The translations under genes and the position numbers were made by a program. From Octopus sinensis (taxonomy: Eukaryota), in the NCBI RefSeq assembly GCF_006345805.1, contig NC_043003.1, positions 100,626,001 through 100,690,000 of the forward strand: a DNA stretch of 64,000 bases, in the 5' to 3' direction. Position 1 is the first letter of the stretch; each line of letters opens with the position of its first letter. A model generated the notes under the pieces. That model was not told the origin of the DNA, ran no database searches, and was given only the letters and a program-made list of their open reading frames with translations. Shown here in pieces: positions 25,377 to 38,560 of this stretch.

Positions 25377-27999
25377 TGGTACACACACACACACACACAC
25401 ACCATGATGTATATCCTAAAACTCTGCATTTTGAATATATAACTTCCTTTCTACAAAATCTTAAATAATTAGCAAAAATGCAGCTAAAAGAGATTTCAGC
25501 TTAAAGTTATTTACAAACTATAATCGTGGATTTCTTTCATATAAATGTTTTTCATTTTTATTTTATAAATAATGACTTTTTCACACAGAATAGATAAATT
25601 GGCAGAATGAAACTATCAACTCAAATATTTCATATAATCACTGGAATAGCTAAATGTGGGTTAGTGGTAGTCTACCCTGGGTAGAAGTTTTTGTGAGTGG
25701 CACTATATATATATATATGATGATGATTATATCATATTGTGTTTTTTATGGACAGGGCAGCACAAATTTATAAACAGTAGCCATGACATAGCATACAACA
25801 TATTGAAACAATGTTTTGTATAAGAGAAGCAGAGTTTTTTTCATAGACCTTAATTAAACTCAATCTCAAATCATAACTGAAAGAATTTTGTATGTATTTC
25901 AGCAAGTCGTTCTCATGTTATACTTAATATAACAAATAGGATTGAGTTGATGATGGAAAAGTGATCATATCAACATTTTTCATGAAACATTTAAAGACTT
26001 CACTACAGTTTCTTCCTACTATATTATTTTAGATTATTTCTATGTTATGTATAAATGTAAAAGTTAAAAATTGAAGTGTCAGGACTTCAGGACATCTGGA
26101 AACTTCACATTTTTGTGAAGTTTGAGAACCAGCAACGGTTTTTGATTTTTAAAAAAAATTACTACCAATAGATGACAGAAGAGATTGAAGACATTGTGCA
26201 AAGCTGATACACAATAAGAAATTGTGGTTATACTCCAAATAAAGTACTCTTTTCTACTCTAGGCACAAGGCCTGAAATTTTGGGGGAGGGGGCCAGTCGA
26301 TTAGATTGACTCAAGTATGCAACTGGTACTTAATTAATCAACCCTGAAAGGCAAAATCAGTCTCGGCAGAATTTGAACTTGGAACATAAAGTCAGGGAGT
26401 GTTTTAAGAAGTAGACAAGAGCCCCAAAAATATTTCAGCTGTTTAACCATGTACTGGCACTCTCTAGAGCCAAGCTGCAATTCATATAAGGTTACTGTTC
26501 ACATCTGTGAGATAGCTGCACTATTGCAAAACACACAGACACCATTTAGCTAATTAAAGTCTTACTCCCTAACTTGTTATGACAATGGGCATAGCAAATG
26601 AGGGAATAACTTGCCACTTGTACCGAAACTATAATAGCTTCTGTTCTTCTGAACCAACAAACTATGCACCACCTCTAGCATGGCTGACTCCTTTACTGAG
26701 TGCTTCTCTCAGTAATATTTCTGTTTCTTACTATCAAAACCTGTATCAAATCTGTTACCTAAACATTCTTCCCTACAACTCCATATCTCTGAAATTCTCT
26801 CACTCAACCTTGATTCCCCTCAAATCTATGCAGTCAGTAAACCACAGAAGTTGAAGCTCAATGTCAATGAAATCAACTTCATGTGTCTGAGGAAAGAGCA
26901 GTGAAACTTATGAGTGTTGTCTTCCCCTTTTGACTAAATAACTTTAGAATAAAATGGCAGCAAAAAGTACAGAGGTTATGCATCAATTAGTTACAAACAA
27001 ATAAAATCCAGAAAGCTAATTTGGAAAAACAAAACTGATTACAGTGTGGGTAAAATGTAGATGTAAATCAATTCAGGCTCTGAATAAAAAACTTTATACT
27101 GAATGTAGTTTGGAAAGTGATGGAAAGAGTTTTGACATTTATACTCCAGATGAAACAGCAGTACTGTATGGTGCATGTTATAAAACCTTCTGGACTTACA
27201 TTAAATGCTCAAATTTCAATAACAGTACACCTTGGACAACTTGATTCTGTTTCTATAATGCTAAAAATGAGATCTTTCTGGTATGAAAACCATGAGTCTT
27301 AGCATATTTTGTGAACAGGATCCTTTAAGTTGGTAAGTAAGTATTCATGAGAAAAAACGAAATTGATGATGAGCAGTTCTTCTAAATAAATATTTTATGT
27401 GATTTAGTGGTTTTGAAAATTGCAGTAGTCTTCATTTTGTCTCTTTTACTGTGTTGATTATTGTCTATGTAGAGCAATGTATTTAAGTCTTCTTAAACTC
27501 TAATGATTGTTAAATACACACATATTCTAGTACATGTAATGCTACATCACTTTAATACAAACTTGTTTTTAATCAGATGTAAGATATCAATGGAAATATA
27601 GAATAAAAAAGATTGCTTTCCGATGAATGATAATGGCTATGTGTGTGTGTAAGTGTGTGCATAATATATATATACATACACACACATACAAATAAATAAA
27701 TGGAGTTAAATGCAGGTGCTAGTGAAATCTTTATACTTCCAACATATGTTTCAAAGAAAACATTGGTATTATTCCAGAAGGAATAAAATAGCTTTAAATT
27801 CTTTTGGGTAGGCAGGAGTGATGGAGTAAACATACACTTAGTGGAGAAGTGGGTAGAGAAGGTAATTGAGGTAGTCAGAGTTTGTATAGGGTTATTAAGT
27901 TAAGACTTATCATAGATGGATTAACAATTACATTTATCTCTGCCTATGCTCCACAAGCTGGGTTGGATTGCAGACTACCTCAATGACAAATGATAGAAA

Positions 28000-28880
28000 C
28001 TTCGTTATTGTAGCCAGCAACTTTAATGGACATGTTGGGCAGCATTCCTAGGATTACATGGTGGTTGTGGCTTTGGCACCAGGTATGAGGAAGGTACAAG
28101 CTACTTGAGTTCTATGATGGAAGTGATCTTGCAACAATAACATTATAAAACTAGCTAGCTACCCACTAACTTATCAGTCTGGTGGAAATATAAGCCAGGT
28201 TGATTCCCTCCTCACCAGGCAGTGAGACAGGCAGATGCTCACAAATGCGAAGTCCTTCCCAGGTGCAGAGTGTACACCTCAACATAGGCTACTAGTTAGT
28301 GACTTCAGAATTAAGGCTAGAAAAACTCAAAGACATAAACCACTCTGGAAAAGGAGATTATTGAAGCTTAAAGACCCAGCAAACCAATAAAAATTTACAG
28401 ACATCCTACTGGAGGCCTCTGATAATAGAGAGGAGAAGGAGGAGGAGGGGACATATAGCTTAGAGGACAACTGGAAGTTTCTGCAGAACAATTTACTGGG
28501 TACTGTTGACCAAATCTGTGGTTGGTGTATAAAGTCTCCATCAGGCCAATGTTGACTTGGTGGTGGAACAAGGAGGTGGACAGTGCTATAAAAGCAAAAA
28601 GACAGACCTGAAAAAACTGAAAGAATGGTGGAAGCAAAGCATTATATCAGGGAGCCAGAAGGGAGGCTAGGTGACAGGTTTACATAGCAAAAGGAATAGC
28701 AGAAGGTAGGAAGCTTGCTAATGTTATGCAGCATGAGGATCAGAGGTGTGAGGTGTTCAGGATTGCAAAGCAATCTGTCAGAGAGAATAGAGATGTGGTA
28801 GGTGAGAAATGTGTGCAAATGGATGATGGTATGCTTCTTGCCAGTCAGGAGACATGTAAGCCCCGAAGTATGGCTTTGTA
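28000..28880 (+). mobile_element. Degenerate RTE-clade LINE fragment (end of endonuclease and linker)
   Basis: Peptides IVASNFNGHVG, TYQSGGNISQVD, WWNKEVDSAIKAKRQ and VFRIAKQSVRENRDVVGEKCVQMDDG. Confidence 0.8.
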
Positions 28881-29236
28881 TCAATTTTTCTCTATAGGAA
28901 TATTCTCTTGAAGAGGCGGGTGGGGCAGTTATATTCTTTATTTACAATATGGTAAATAATATGGTATAACCTCAAAATTGCAATAGAGAATTAACCTTGT
29001 ATTTTTAAATTGTGGATTTTATATGTCATGTTGCCCGCAGACAGCTTTATTGTGAAGAGATTTAATATGAGTGTTAGTGGGTTTATGGTGGTTTTTCACT
29101 GCTATTTCTAGACATGTAAGTGATTTTGCAACCCTCTCCGTTATAATTAGTGATTTATTCATAATTATAAACCCTCTACTTATATATATATATATATAAT
29201 AGCAATTTTATTCCACACGGGTAGAAATATAGGAAG

Positions 29237-29398
29237 AATAGAAGTTGAAAATGCACTGAGAGTAGTTAAAATAATCTTTATTAATATATTTAAAGCTTTA
29301 ACCGGTCTCACAAAAATCAGTGTAAACTGTGAGACCGGTTAAAGCTTTAAATATATTAATGAAAATATTTTAACTACTCTCAGTGCATTTTCAACTTC

Positions 29399-29402
<4 letters not shown>
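29237..29402. repeat. Near-perfect hairpin, arms of about 75 bp, 15-nt loop
   Basis: aatagaagttgaaaatgcactgagagtagttaaaata...accggtctcaca is mirrored by tgtgagaccggt...cagtgcattttcaacttctatt. Confidence 0.93.
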
Positions 29403-29435
<33 letters not shown>

Positions 29436-29539
29436 TACACACACACACACGCACACACACATACACACGCACACACACATACACACACACACACACACAC
29501 ATATAGTTATATATTATATGCCATTTTTCTGTATGGTTC

Positions 29540-30540
29540 TTTTTTGGCAGATGGAAATATCCCATTCTCCAATGGCTACTGTGAATCAGTCACCATGCAC
29601 AACAAAGCCAATGACCTGATAGTAGTTGGGCTCTATAGGCCACCTCAAACACCCGTACTGCACTTTAAAGAATGTCTCAATAGCATTAAGTGCTTTATTC
29701 AACAGTGCCATTCTAGTAATATACTTATAATGGAAGATTTTAAACTACCCTGTATTGATTGGTCTACAAACACTTTGAAACCAGGCACTCCAACCTCAAC
29801 CACTGACAAAGAAGCAGTAGAATAACTTTTTGACTTTATGAATGAGTTTTTCTTGTCCAAACTTGTCCTTGCACCAACAAGGTATCAGAACATTTTAAAC
29901 CTAGTGTTTAGTAACTACACTAACACTATACATAATATCATAGTGGAAAAAACCCGTCTTTCAGAACCCATGACATGGTTCTCTGTAACCTGAGATTCCA
30001 CCAACTGAAAGCTAACCCTAGTGACCTCTCTCTAGCCCCCACCAATTTGGTAACATGGATCTCTATAATGCCAACAGGGATGCAATCATGAACAAGCTAT
30101 CATATGTTGACTGGTCTTTCACAGACACACACACACCTCCTCCAGCATCAACACATTTTGGCAGATCTTTATAGAAACTATCACAAACATATGTGCAAAA
30201 CACACTCCACCAAGACCTGTGAACAAAACTAAGGGCAGAATTGCCCAAAACAAAAAAAAAACTATTATCAGAAAAATAAAATGAACAAACAAAAAAACTA
30301 AACTAAAATACTGCCAACATCCACACATATATTTGATGGCTATCACCCTGCTCAAATCAAAAATATATAACCTCAAACAATACATGAAGAACAGCTGAGG
30401 AGAAATGAGCTATTGAGAAAATCAGACTCAACCCCAAAGTGTTCTCTTTTGAGAAAAAAAAAACACGTCATTGTCTCCACTGTTGGTCCTGTAATAGATG
30501 AAAATGGCACACTCCAAGATAATGCCAAAAATCTTGAGTG
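29540..30540 (+). mobile_element. Degenerate CR1-group LINE fragment (APE endonuclease region)
   Basis: Peptide VVGLYRPP...ILIMEDFKLPCIDW...PTRYQNILNLVFSN. Confidence 0.8.
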
Positions 30541-30656
30541 AGAAATTGCAGAAACAAAACTGCACTCTTTTCAGCAATCCTGATATGGTCGATCTGGGCT
30601 ATATCAGTGATGTTAATCCCCAATATACTGTATTAAACATAATGATTGGCACTACA

Positions 30657-31327
30657 GGTGTATTCTTTATTTGTGAATTAAGGTTACCATTGGTTTCATG
30701 TCAAGAAAAGTAGGAAAATATCCTAGTATTTTTTTCAAGCCGATCACATGGAGAAAGATGTTCACCTCCATTTTGGAAAACACGGTCACATTTAGTTTAC
30801 AGAGAATCTCATGAATTCTTGTAAATAAAACAATGAATCAAGGGATGTTACGTTTGGGTAGCATCTTTTGAATGTTTGTCACAAGCAATATTTTACACTC
30901 ACATACTTCAAAGAAGAGCTAACATCTGCAACATTAATCCAACCAGGATAGCCCCTTTCCTGAATGTGAAAATCTAAACACACATAGCACACAAACTCCA
31001 CACAGATACGAAATAATCCCCAATGATGAACTACCTCAGCACACCCAGAACAAAAACATATTAATGCAAACAAATTGACCACACAACAGTTTGCTCAAAA
31101 GACAAATCTGAGGGAGACAAAACTCAAGTAATTTCCCTTGATTTATCATTTTATTCCTGAGAATTCATGAGATTCTCTGCAAACTAAATGGGATCGTGTT
31201 TTCCAAAATGGAGGCAAATACCTTTCTCAATGTAATCGACTTGAAAAGTTGTTAGGACACTAGGATATTTTTCTTAACATGAAACCAATGGTAGCCTTAA
31301 TTCACAAATAAAGAAATGATATCCACC
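30657..31327. mobile_element. Long-TIR MITE-like element (TIRs about 190 bp)
   Basis: ctttatttgtgaattaaggttaccattggtttcatg...cagagaatctcatgaattc on the left is mirrored on the right. No TSD resolved. Confidence 0.7.
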
Positions 31328-31473
31328 AATTCAGTGTTGTTTCATTGTTCAACTTTTACATGTATATATATATATACATACACATATATATATTGTATAT
31401 ATATTATATATATATGTATATACATATGTAAATATATATAATATATACATATATATATGTTATATATATATAC

Positions 31474-31514
<41 letters not shown>

Positions 31515-31544
31515 ATCAAAAAAAAACATGATGCGAAGGATTCA

Positions 31545-31622
31545 GTGGTACATATGTTTCGGGCCTTTATTAGACAGATTTATAACAATGCATAATGTAT
31601 GTCTGTGGCCTTCTTCAGCCGC
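31545..31622 (-). ncRNA. Hammerhead-ribozyme-like motif (Penelope-type minimal form), putative
   Basis: Minus strand: GCGG-CTGAAGA-AGGCC-ACAGA...TCTGT...GGCC-C-GAAAC-ATAT-GT-A-CCAC. Stem I and the base of stem II are imperfect. Confidence 0.45.
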
Positions 31623-31933
31623 GCACAACAGCTTCCACAAGGACATGTGTTACATCAAAAATTCTTGGTTGGGGATGCAAATCCTCTCATTCGCGTACGA
31701 CATATATATATATACATATATATATACGACATATATATATATATACATATATATATACGACATATATATATACATATATAATAAAATATATACATATATA
31801 TATATTATCTTATATATATATATATATATTAACAATTGAGGATAAAATCTTTAAAAGAAATTATCAGTAGTCAGCGTCAAAAACCTCGTAAGAGAAAAAA
31901 TCTGTAAATTCTTCCTCTTTGAAAATATTCATT

Positions 31934-32184
31934 TATATTATATTGAGGGTACTACTATTCGTAGATACCAACACGCTAAGAGGGACCAATGCGGTCAAAA
32001 CTACTAAAAATAAACAAAATTTTACCGAATGCAAAACTTCAAAACACATCATTTTAAAAAAGAATTCTTTTTTAAAATGATGTGTTTTGAAGTTTTGCAT
32101 TCGGTAAAATTTTGTTTATTTTAGTAGTTTTGACCGCATTGGTCCCTCTTAGCGTGTTGGTATCTACGAATAGTAGTACCCTCA

Positions 32185-32194
<10 letters not shown>
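31934..32194. repeat. Zero-spacer palindrome of about 260 bp centred on GAATTC (32062-32067)
   Basis: Arms of about 130 bp match apart from one A-run indel. Confidence 0.95.
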
Positions 32195-32228
<34 letters not shown>

Positions 32229-34801
32229 CACATATATATTATATATATGTTATATACATACACACACATACTGTTGCATGAGCTCAAAGTGAGTACACAA
32301 GCACCTAGCTGGTATTGTCAAGCAGAGGAAAGCATGATATATAACATACAAACTTATTCTAGACATCTCTGTTGCTGGCAAATTTTCCAATCCATTAAAG
32401 TTTGGTTTCAGGTTAAAAAGAAAAAAAACTTATCAAAGATGAAAGAGTATTTAAAGTTTTTGCCAGAAAACTATTTATATCAATGTCAGAAACTATCATT
32501 TACAACCAGGTAATATAATAAGTATGTAAAACTCCAATTGACTGAAACAAAAATCTTATATTGTAACTTGAACATTTCTATAATGGAATCTATCTTCAGT
32601 AGTTACACCCAGGGAAAGAATTAGATGGAATAGAGTTTCATCACCATCTGTGATGCTGGTAAATTCCTTGCTTGCTTGCTACTTTTCTTATACCAATAAT
32701 AAGGTGTATATGTGCAGTATTTTAACAGCTTTTCAGAGTGTTTGTTAACTGTTCCAACTATTAATGCTAGTTTTCAGTTAACATCAGTGGTTCTTGTACA
32801 TGTACAAAAGAGTATTGCTGTCATATCTAAAGTATAGATATTACAGTTTCTTCAATCACTACCTTCATATACAGCATTTAATACACAGTTTTTCAGCCAC
32901 TATTTTCTCTCAAAAAATCTCCAGATCTTGATTTGGCCTTTCTCTGCTTCTTTTCTTCTCACACTCATGAAATTTATTCTTCAAAATTAAACAGCCAGGC
33001 TTCATTTATTTGAACTAACTGATGCATTATATTTCTATTCTTGCTATTGGTTTTTTAAAATTATTTTTTATTAGTAAAAAATACTAGTGTGGGAAAGTTA
33101 TCAAAATAAAATCTTTACAATGAATAATAATTGTGTGCTCTAAGTGAAAAGAATTCTAATGCTTTCAGCAAAATTCATCCTTGAAAGTTAATTATGGTGA
33201 AAATTGTTTTGCATGTAACTATCTATTTACTTTAAAGCAAGAAATACAATAGAGAACATCAGAAGAGAATAGAATAGAGCAGTAAAGCTGAGCAGTTAGT
33301 GATGGCTGCAGAAATCAGCAGATTACATTAATTACATTAGCAATTCGTACAACTTGCCACTGCTTTCAACTTGGCTATTTTACCAGCTAACATAGCAGCA
33401 TTAAATCACAGTAAACTTTGAAATATATAAGTGTTCTACCTTTATGCCTACATGTGTGTCAAATCAGATCCTACAACAATTTGAACTATCATGAAATGCT
33501 AGTGTTAAATAAATCATTTCACTTGCAAGAAAACAAAGACTTGACCATATACCTAATGTAAAATAGCCGAGTGGATATACTACTAGGCTACTAGCACAAG
33601 AGATTTCATTCCCAAGTATGTTGATATGTATTTTGGAACAGTATACTTCTTTCTATGCAGCCTACTTTGACAAGCTGCTCTAGTTTATGAAATATTTATT
33701 ATCCATAATGAACCATATTGTTACAGAACATTTATTTACAGCTAGTTGGAGTGAAAAAGGCAGAATAAATGTGCCATTGGACTCCCAGGTGAAGGATTTG
33801 GAATTCAAACCAACTTTAGATATTTCAGTGTATATTTGGATTCATATACTTAATATCTCACTCCTGAAGCCCATAAAGAATGGAGTGAATAGATACCATA
33901 TTGTGAAAGATAAATTGACTGGCATCCTACTGGAGGATTATGAATCTTTCATCTGTTTAATACCAAGAAGCTAAAACCAAGCATCTGCTCTTAAAAGTTC
34001 CCCACTAACCCCTGAAATTAGAAAACATTTTAACAAAATCTAAATACAGATTATTTAAGCATATTCTCATGCTGAACAGTCATGAATATAGACATGCTGT
34101 TTCTTTTTAAATCATTGCTACAATAACCTCTGTTTCTCAGAGCATAGCAGTTTACATACTAAGTCTACTTGATGTATGAGACAAAGGAGACTGTACATGG
34201 TTGCTCAACCTACTAGAAACAGTAGTCAAATTTACCTCAACTTACACTTTACTGTCTTGTGAAAAGAAAAGACACATTGGATAAAATAGTTCCACATTCC
34301 CCAAAACAATGAGATAGCCATGGCTGGAAAGTCTTTGATCATAAGTCCACTCAATCAGTGTTCATTTAAGGCTAGTCCACTCAATCAGTGTTCATTTGAG
34401 GCTAAGCAACAACAACCACAATGACAATAATGACCTCTGCTCTTCTTGTGACTACAATGTATTATCACCCATGACACATTAGTTTTGTCAACCATTCTTT
34501 CCCTGATTTGGAATCCTCTCCCTGAGCACATTTTTCTTACAAGTGTTAGAAAAGTTTAAACTAAAAATGAGTCCTATTAACTGCATCAGTTTGGAATGAG
34601 CTATTAGAGTTATGGGCATTGCCCTCCCTATTTACTTTGTTCATTTTGATGTCTAGTGAGTAGACAGAAACAAAACCAAACAGAAACATAGCCAAACCCA
34701 TCTATATATGTACACACACACACATAGAGAGAGGAAGGTGAGAATTTCAGTTTTAATTAACCTTTAAAGACTGTAGCAACATGAATTTTTGAAACAAACT
34801 A

Positions 34802-36030
34802 CAGTACACAACAGCAAGTTTGCACGAAGTCAAAAAACAGATATTTTCATTTTTATTAATGATTTAATAACGAATGCAAAACTAATATGTGAAATTAAAA
34901 AGAGAGAAAAATAATGTAAATTATGATCAATATTCATTGGATCTCCTTTAGAATGAACAACAGTAGCTACTCTTCTGGGCATAGATTCCACCAGACATAT
35001 TTCCTTAATTTTATCATCTCTGTGCCACACTTGAATAAGATTGAATAATTTTTTGCTTCATTTGAGATCAGTGACTTTATGTACTTTTTGCATATGCTCC
35101 AGAGGTTTTCAGTTGGATCTAAATCTGGTGAAGACAGAGGCCAATCAAGCAGTGTTACACCATGTTGATGAAAGGAATACATTGAATGCTTGCTAACATG
35201 AATTGGTGTGTTATTTTGATGAAAATACCACCACAGTTTAGAAACCAGTCATTTAATTGCAGCACATGATGTTCAATGATATCCTTCATAAAATGTTCAT
35301 CATCATGCTTTCCTTCAAAAACATGACTACATCCAGTTCCCCCATAGTAAAAACACACCTGATGTCTTACTGTTTTTAAGAAATGATCTGATGGATGATA
35401 ATGTACTAAACAGACAAAATTTAAGCAATCATCAATAATCTGAATTATTATCTTGTCACTAAAAATCAATTTCTCACTGTTCCACAGTCCAGTTTATATC
35501 ATTTGGCTATCTGATGTATAGTAAGAAGTAGACATTTTGGTGGTTTCATGGCACAGATGCCTGCTGCATTCATTGTCCAATGTAGAGTGCATAAAAAAAA
35601 ACATCATCTTTTGGACCAAGTTGGTTTTTAACATCCTGTTAAGTACTTTGGAGGCTTTTGATTGAAATTTCCCACATATGCATTCATCAAATGCACCACA
35701 ATTTTCATATTGAGCATTTGCACTTCCTGTACTGATTAATAATTTGTGTAACATTTGTGTAACATTGCTTTGTAACATTTCTATATAATTTGCAATCTGA
35801 TGATGTGTCATAGAGGTGTTTTCATGAAAACTATAATTTTGGTTTATTTCTCCTCACAGTTAATTTTGCTACTAAATCAAGTTAAAAAAAATTTTCCTAT
35901 TGTCACATGATAAAAATGGTTTTCTATCTTTTTTAAAACATAATTTTTACATGCAATGTGAAATTTATGGAAACAAAAGAAAAAAAACACTCAAAATGAA
36001 AATTTTTTCACGCAAACTTGCTGTGCACTG
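34802..36030 (-). mobile_element. Degenerate full-length Tc1 (DD34E-type) transposon, 1229 bp
   Basis: TA|cagtacaacagcaagtttgc ... gcaaacttgctgtgcactg|TA. Minus-strand peptides LLDWPLSSPDLDPTENLW and LVESMPRRVATVVHSKG. Frameshifted. Confidence 0.9.
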
Positions 36031-37780
36031 TATTTACAATGTTTATTAACTGTCAGTGAAGTGAGAAAGATTTATAATAGCAATGACCTTGAAAGACGAA
36101 GAAGTGCTTGAGAAAAGAACTCTCTCTCTCTCTCTGTACACACACTCACATATACTTCACATAAAAAGTTTTAGCCATTGATACACACACATACATTTGT
36201 AAAGCAAACAGTGATTACATTTCCTGAACATAATTTTATTTAATCAAACTTAATCAACTGTATGCACCAGTTGAGTGAAAAGAAATAATTTGTAAAGATA
36301 TAAACAATTGTCATTGCCATTTCAAATGATCACATTGAAGTAAATGTTGCTTATGATGCATCAAAAAGTCCTTCTTGATATGCCTACAACTGAATTTGAA
36401 CATGTTATGGTAGGTTGAAATTAGTTCACTTATGTTAAAGACTAGAGAATGGTAACAACAGATATACAGTTACTTTGTAAAAAAGAGGTTGCATTTCTAA
36501 ATTCTGACCATGTGCTGGTGGCTTGTTTCTTCTTTTACCTATTTCCACACATATTTCAAAAGCACTATAGTGTTTTCTAGGTGTTGATAACAGAACAAGC
36601 CATGCTGAAGTTCAGAAGGAATAGTCCTTGATGCATTGTTTGTGAAGCCAACAGAATAGTATACAATACTTTTTCTAGATATTTGCCAATTAAGGGAAAA
36701 AATACTATAATTCAGAATAGCATGTCAGCTCTTTTACTCTATATTTGTTTGTGGTATTTTTGCATTGTGGTTCTTAATGACACTTGATGTTTTTCATGCA
36801 GTAAAGTAGTCAGTCAGGATATATTTTTCAAGTAGGAAGAGAAATGTTTCATATTTTGGTTTTTTTTTTAATGCTGTTGTATGGTGAGTTATACCATATA
36901 ATTCATGCTTGTAGTATTTTTAGATGCTCATTGTTGATAGTAAATAGTTGAAGCCCTCTTGGCATCAGTCACAATGTAGTTCCACTTTGTAATACTCTCC
37001 AAAAAGGTTGTTTCTTTGGAGCATAATTCACTTTGCTTTCATTAATGCTTATGGGTACATGCCTGCTATTTAGTAGTGATGAAAATGGTAAAGATGTACA
37101 ATGGGTTGCTACAAAATTTCTTAAGTGCCTCATATGATTTTGAGGTTTGATTTGATGGCATATTCTAATACACCCCTAATATAGCCAAACTTTTCTTTAA
37201 TTTTTGAATGTTGTACTTTATCTATTCCTACAAGCAGAAAGATCACCATAAAGGTAGTTTTAGGCAAGTTACTAAATGATATTTATACATTTGATTCCCA
37301 ATTTGTGTAATTTTTCTTATATGTAGCATATAATTCTCCATTGTATCCTCTATTCATCTAATAGTATTTTGCTCAGTAAATGAATTTAGGGAATAACTAC
37401 AGAAAATACTCTTCACCATTACTTTCTGAAAAAGACAGGTATTTTTACTGAAATTTTTAACAAATACTTTTTAGATGATGTAGATTATGGTTATATTGGA
37501 ATTTAATGTGGGGAAAATGGGGAGGGGTCAAATATTTCATACATCTCCACCTTTTTTACCTGCTATGTTTTGATGATTTAATTACAATTACTTGTTTCAG
37601 TCATTGGGCTGTGGCCATGCTGGGGTACCACCTTCAAAATTTTTAGTAGAACAAATCAACTTATTTTAAAATTTATTGTTCTCTTTCACTGAACTGCTAA
37701 ATTACAGGGATGTTAACAAACCAACACCAACTGTAAAACAGTGGTGGGAGACAAACGTGCGCACACACACACACACACAT

Positions 37781-37858
<78 letters not shown>

Positions 37859-38139
37859 CACACAATGGCTTTTTCCCATTTCTGTCAACTAAATCCACTC
37901 ATAAAGCTTTAGTTGGTCAATGGCTATAGTAGAAGCCCAAGATGTCACTCAATGTGACTGAACCTGGAACCATGTGGTTGGGAAGCAAGCTTCTTACTGC
38001 ACAGCCATTTCATGTTGAAAAACAATTACTTTTGAGATACACATGATTCCTAGCATACTCAACAATGGACTACCTTTAAGTCTGTTTAAAAGAGAAAGAT
38101 TAAGACTGTAATAAAATAATGAAAGAATTAGCATTGTAC

Positions 38140-38560
38140 TCACCTTTCTACAAAGATATTTTTCAGAGAATATTTGGGAAAGGGTGGAATAGTCTTCAAA
38201 CTTAGTTTGTTTTTCAACATAATTTTAATTGTACCACATGAAAATGTATGAAGAAACAAAGTTGAGTTACATGAAATAGATGCCCCTTCCCATAATTTTA
38301 CATTAATTTCTGATATAATCATAATGCACAACATCTGAAAGGTATTCGTAGAAAATTTCATTAAAGAATACCTATTTTGTGAAAGTTATGAGAAAACAAA
38401 GTTGAGGCGTGTTACTTATCAGAATATCCTCTCCACCATCCCCTCTGTAAAAACTTCTTAAAATAAATTCCAATGTAATCATAATTGTAGAAAGTTTCAT
38501 TGAAATATATTTATTTTCAGAAAGTTATGGAGAAACAAAATCAGGTGGAGTAGGGGAACA
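38140..38560. repeat. Degenerate interspersed repeat with internal subrepeats (possibly a non-autonomous Helitron/DNA element)
   Basis: gaaaatttcattaaag...gaaagttatgagaaaacaaagttgag occurs in 2-3 diverged copies. Confidence 0.3.

Noticed and set aside
27044-27336. Cys-containing 66-aa ORF followed by a gtaagt donor, as a nested antisense gene
   Set aside because: No recognisable homology, poor acceptor and no partner exons; a database search would be needed.
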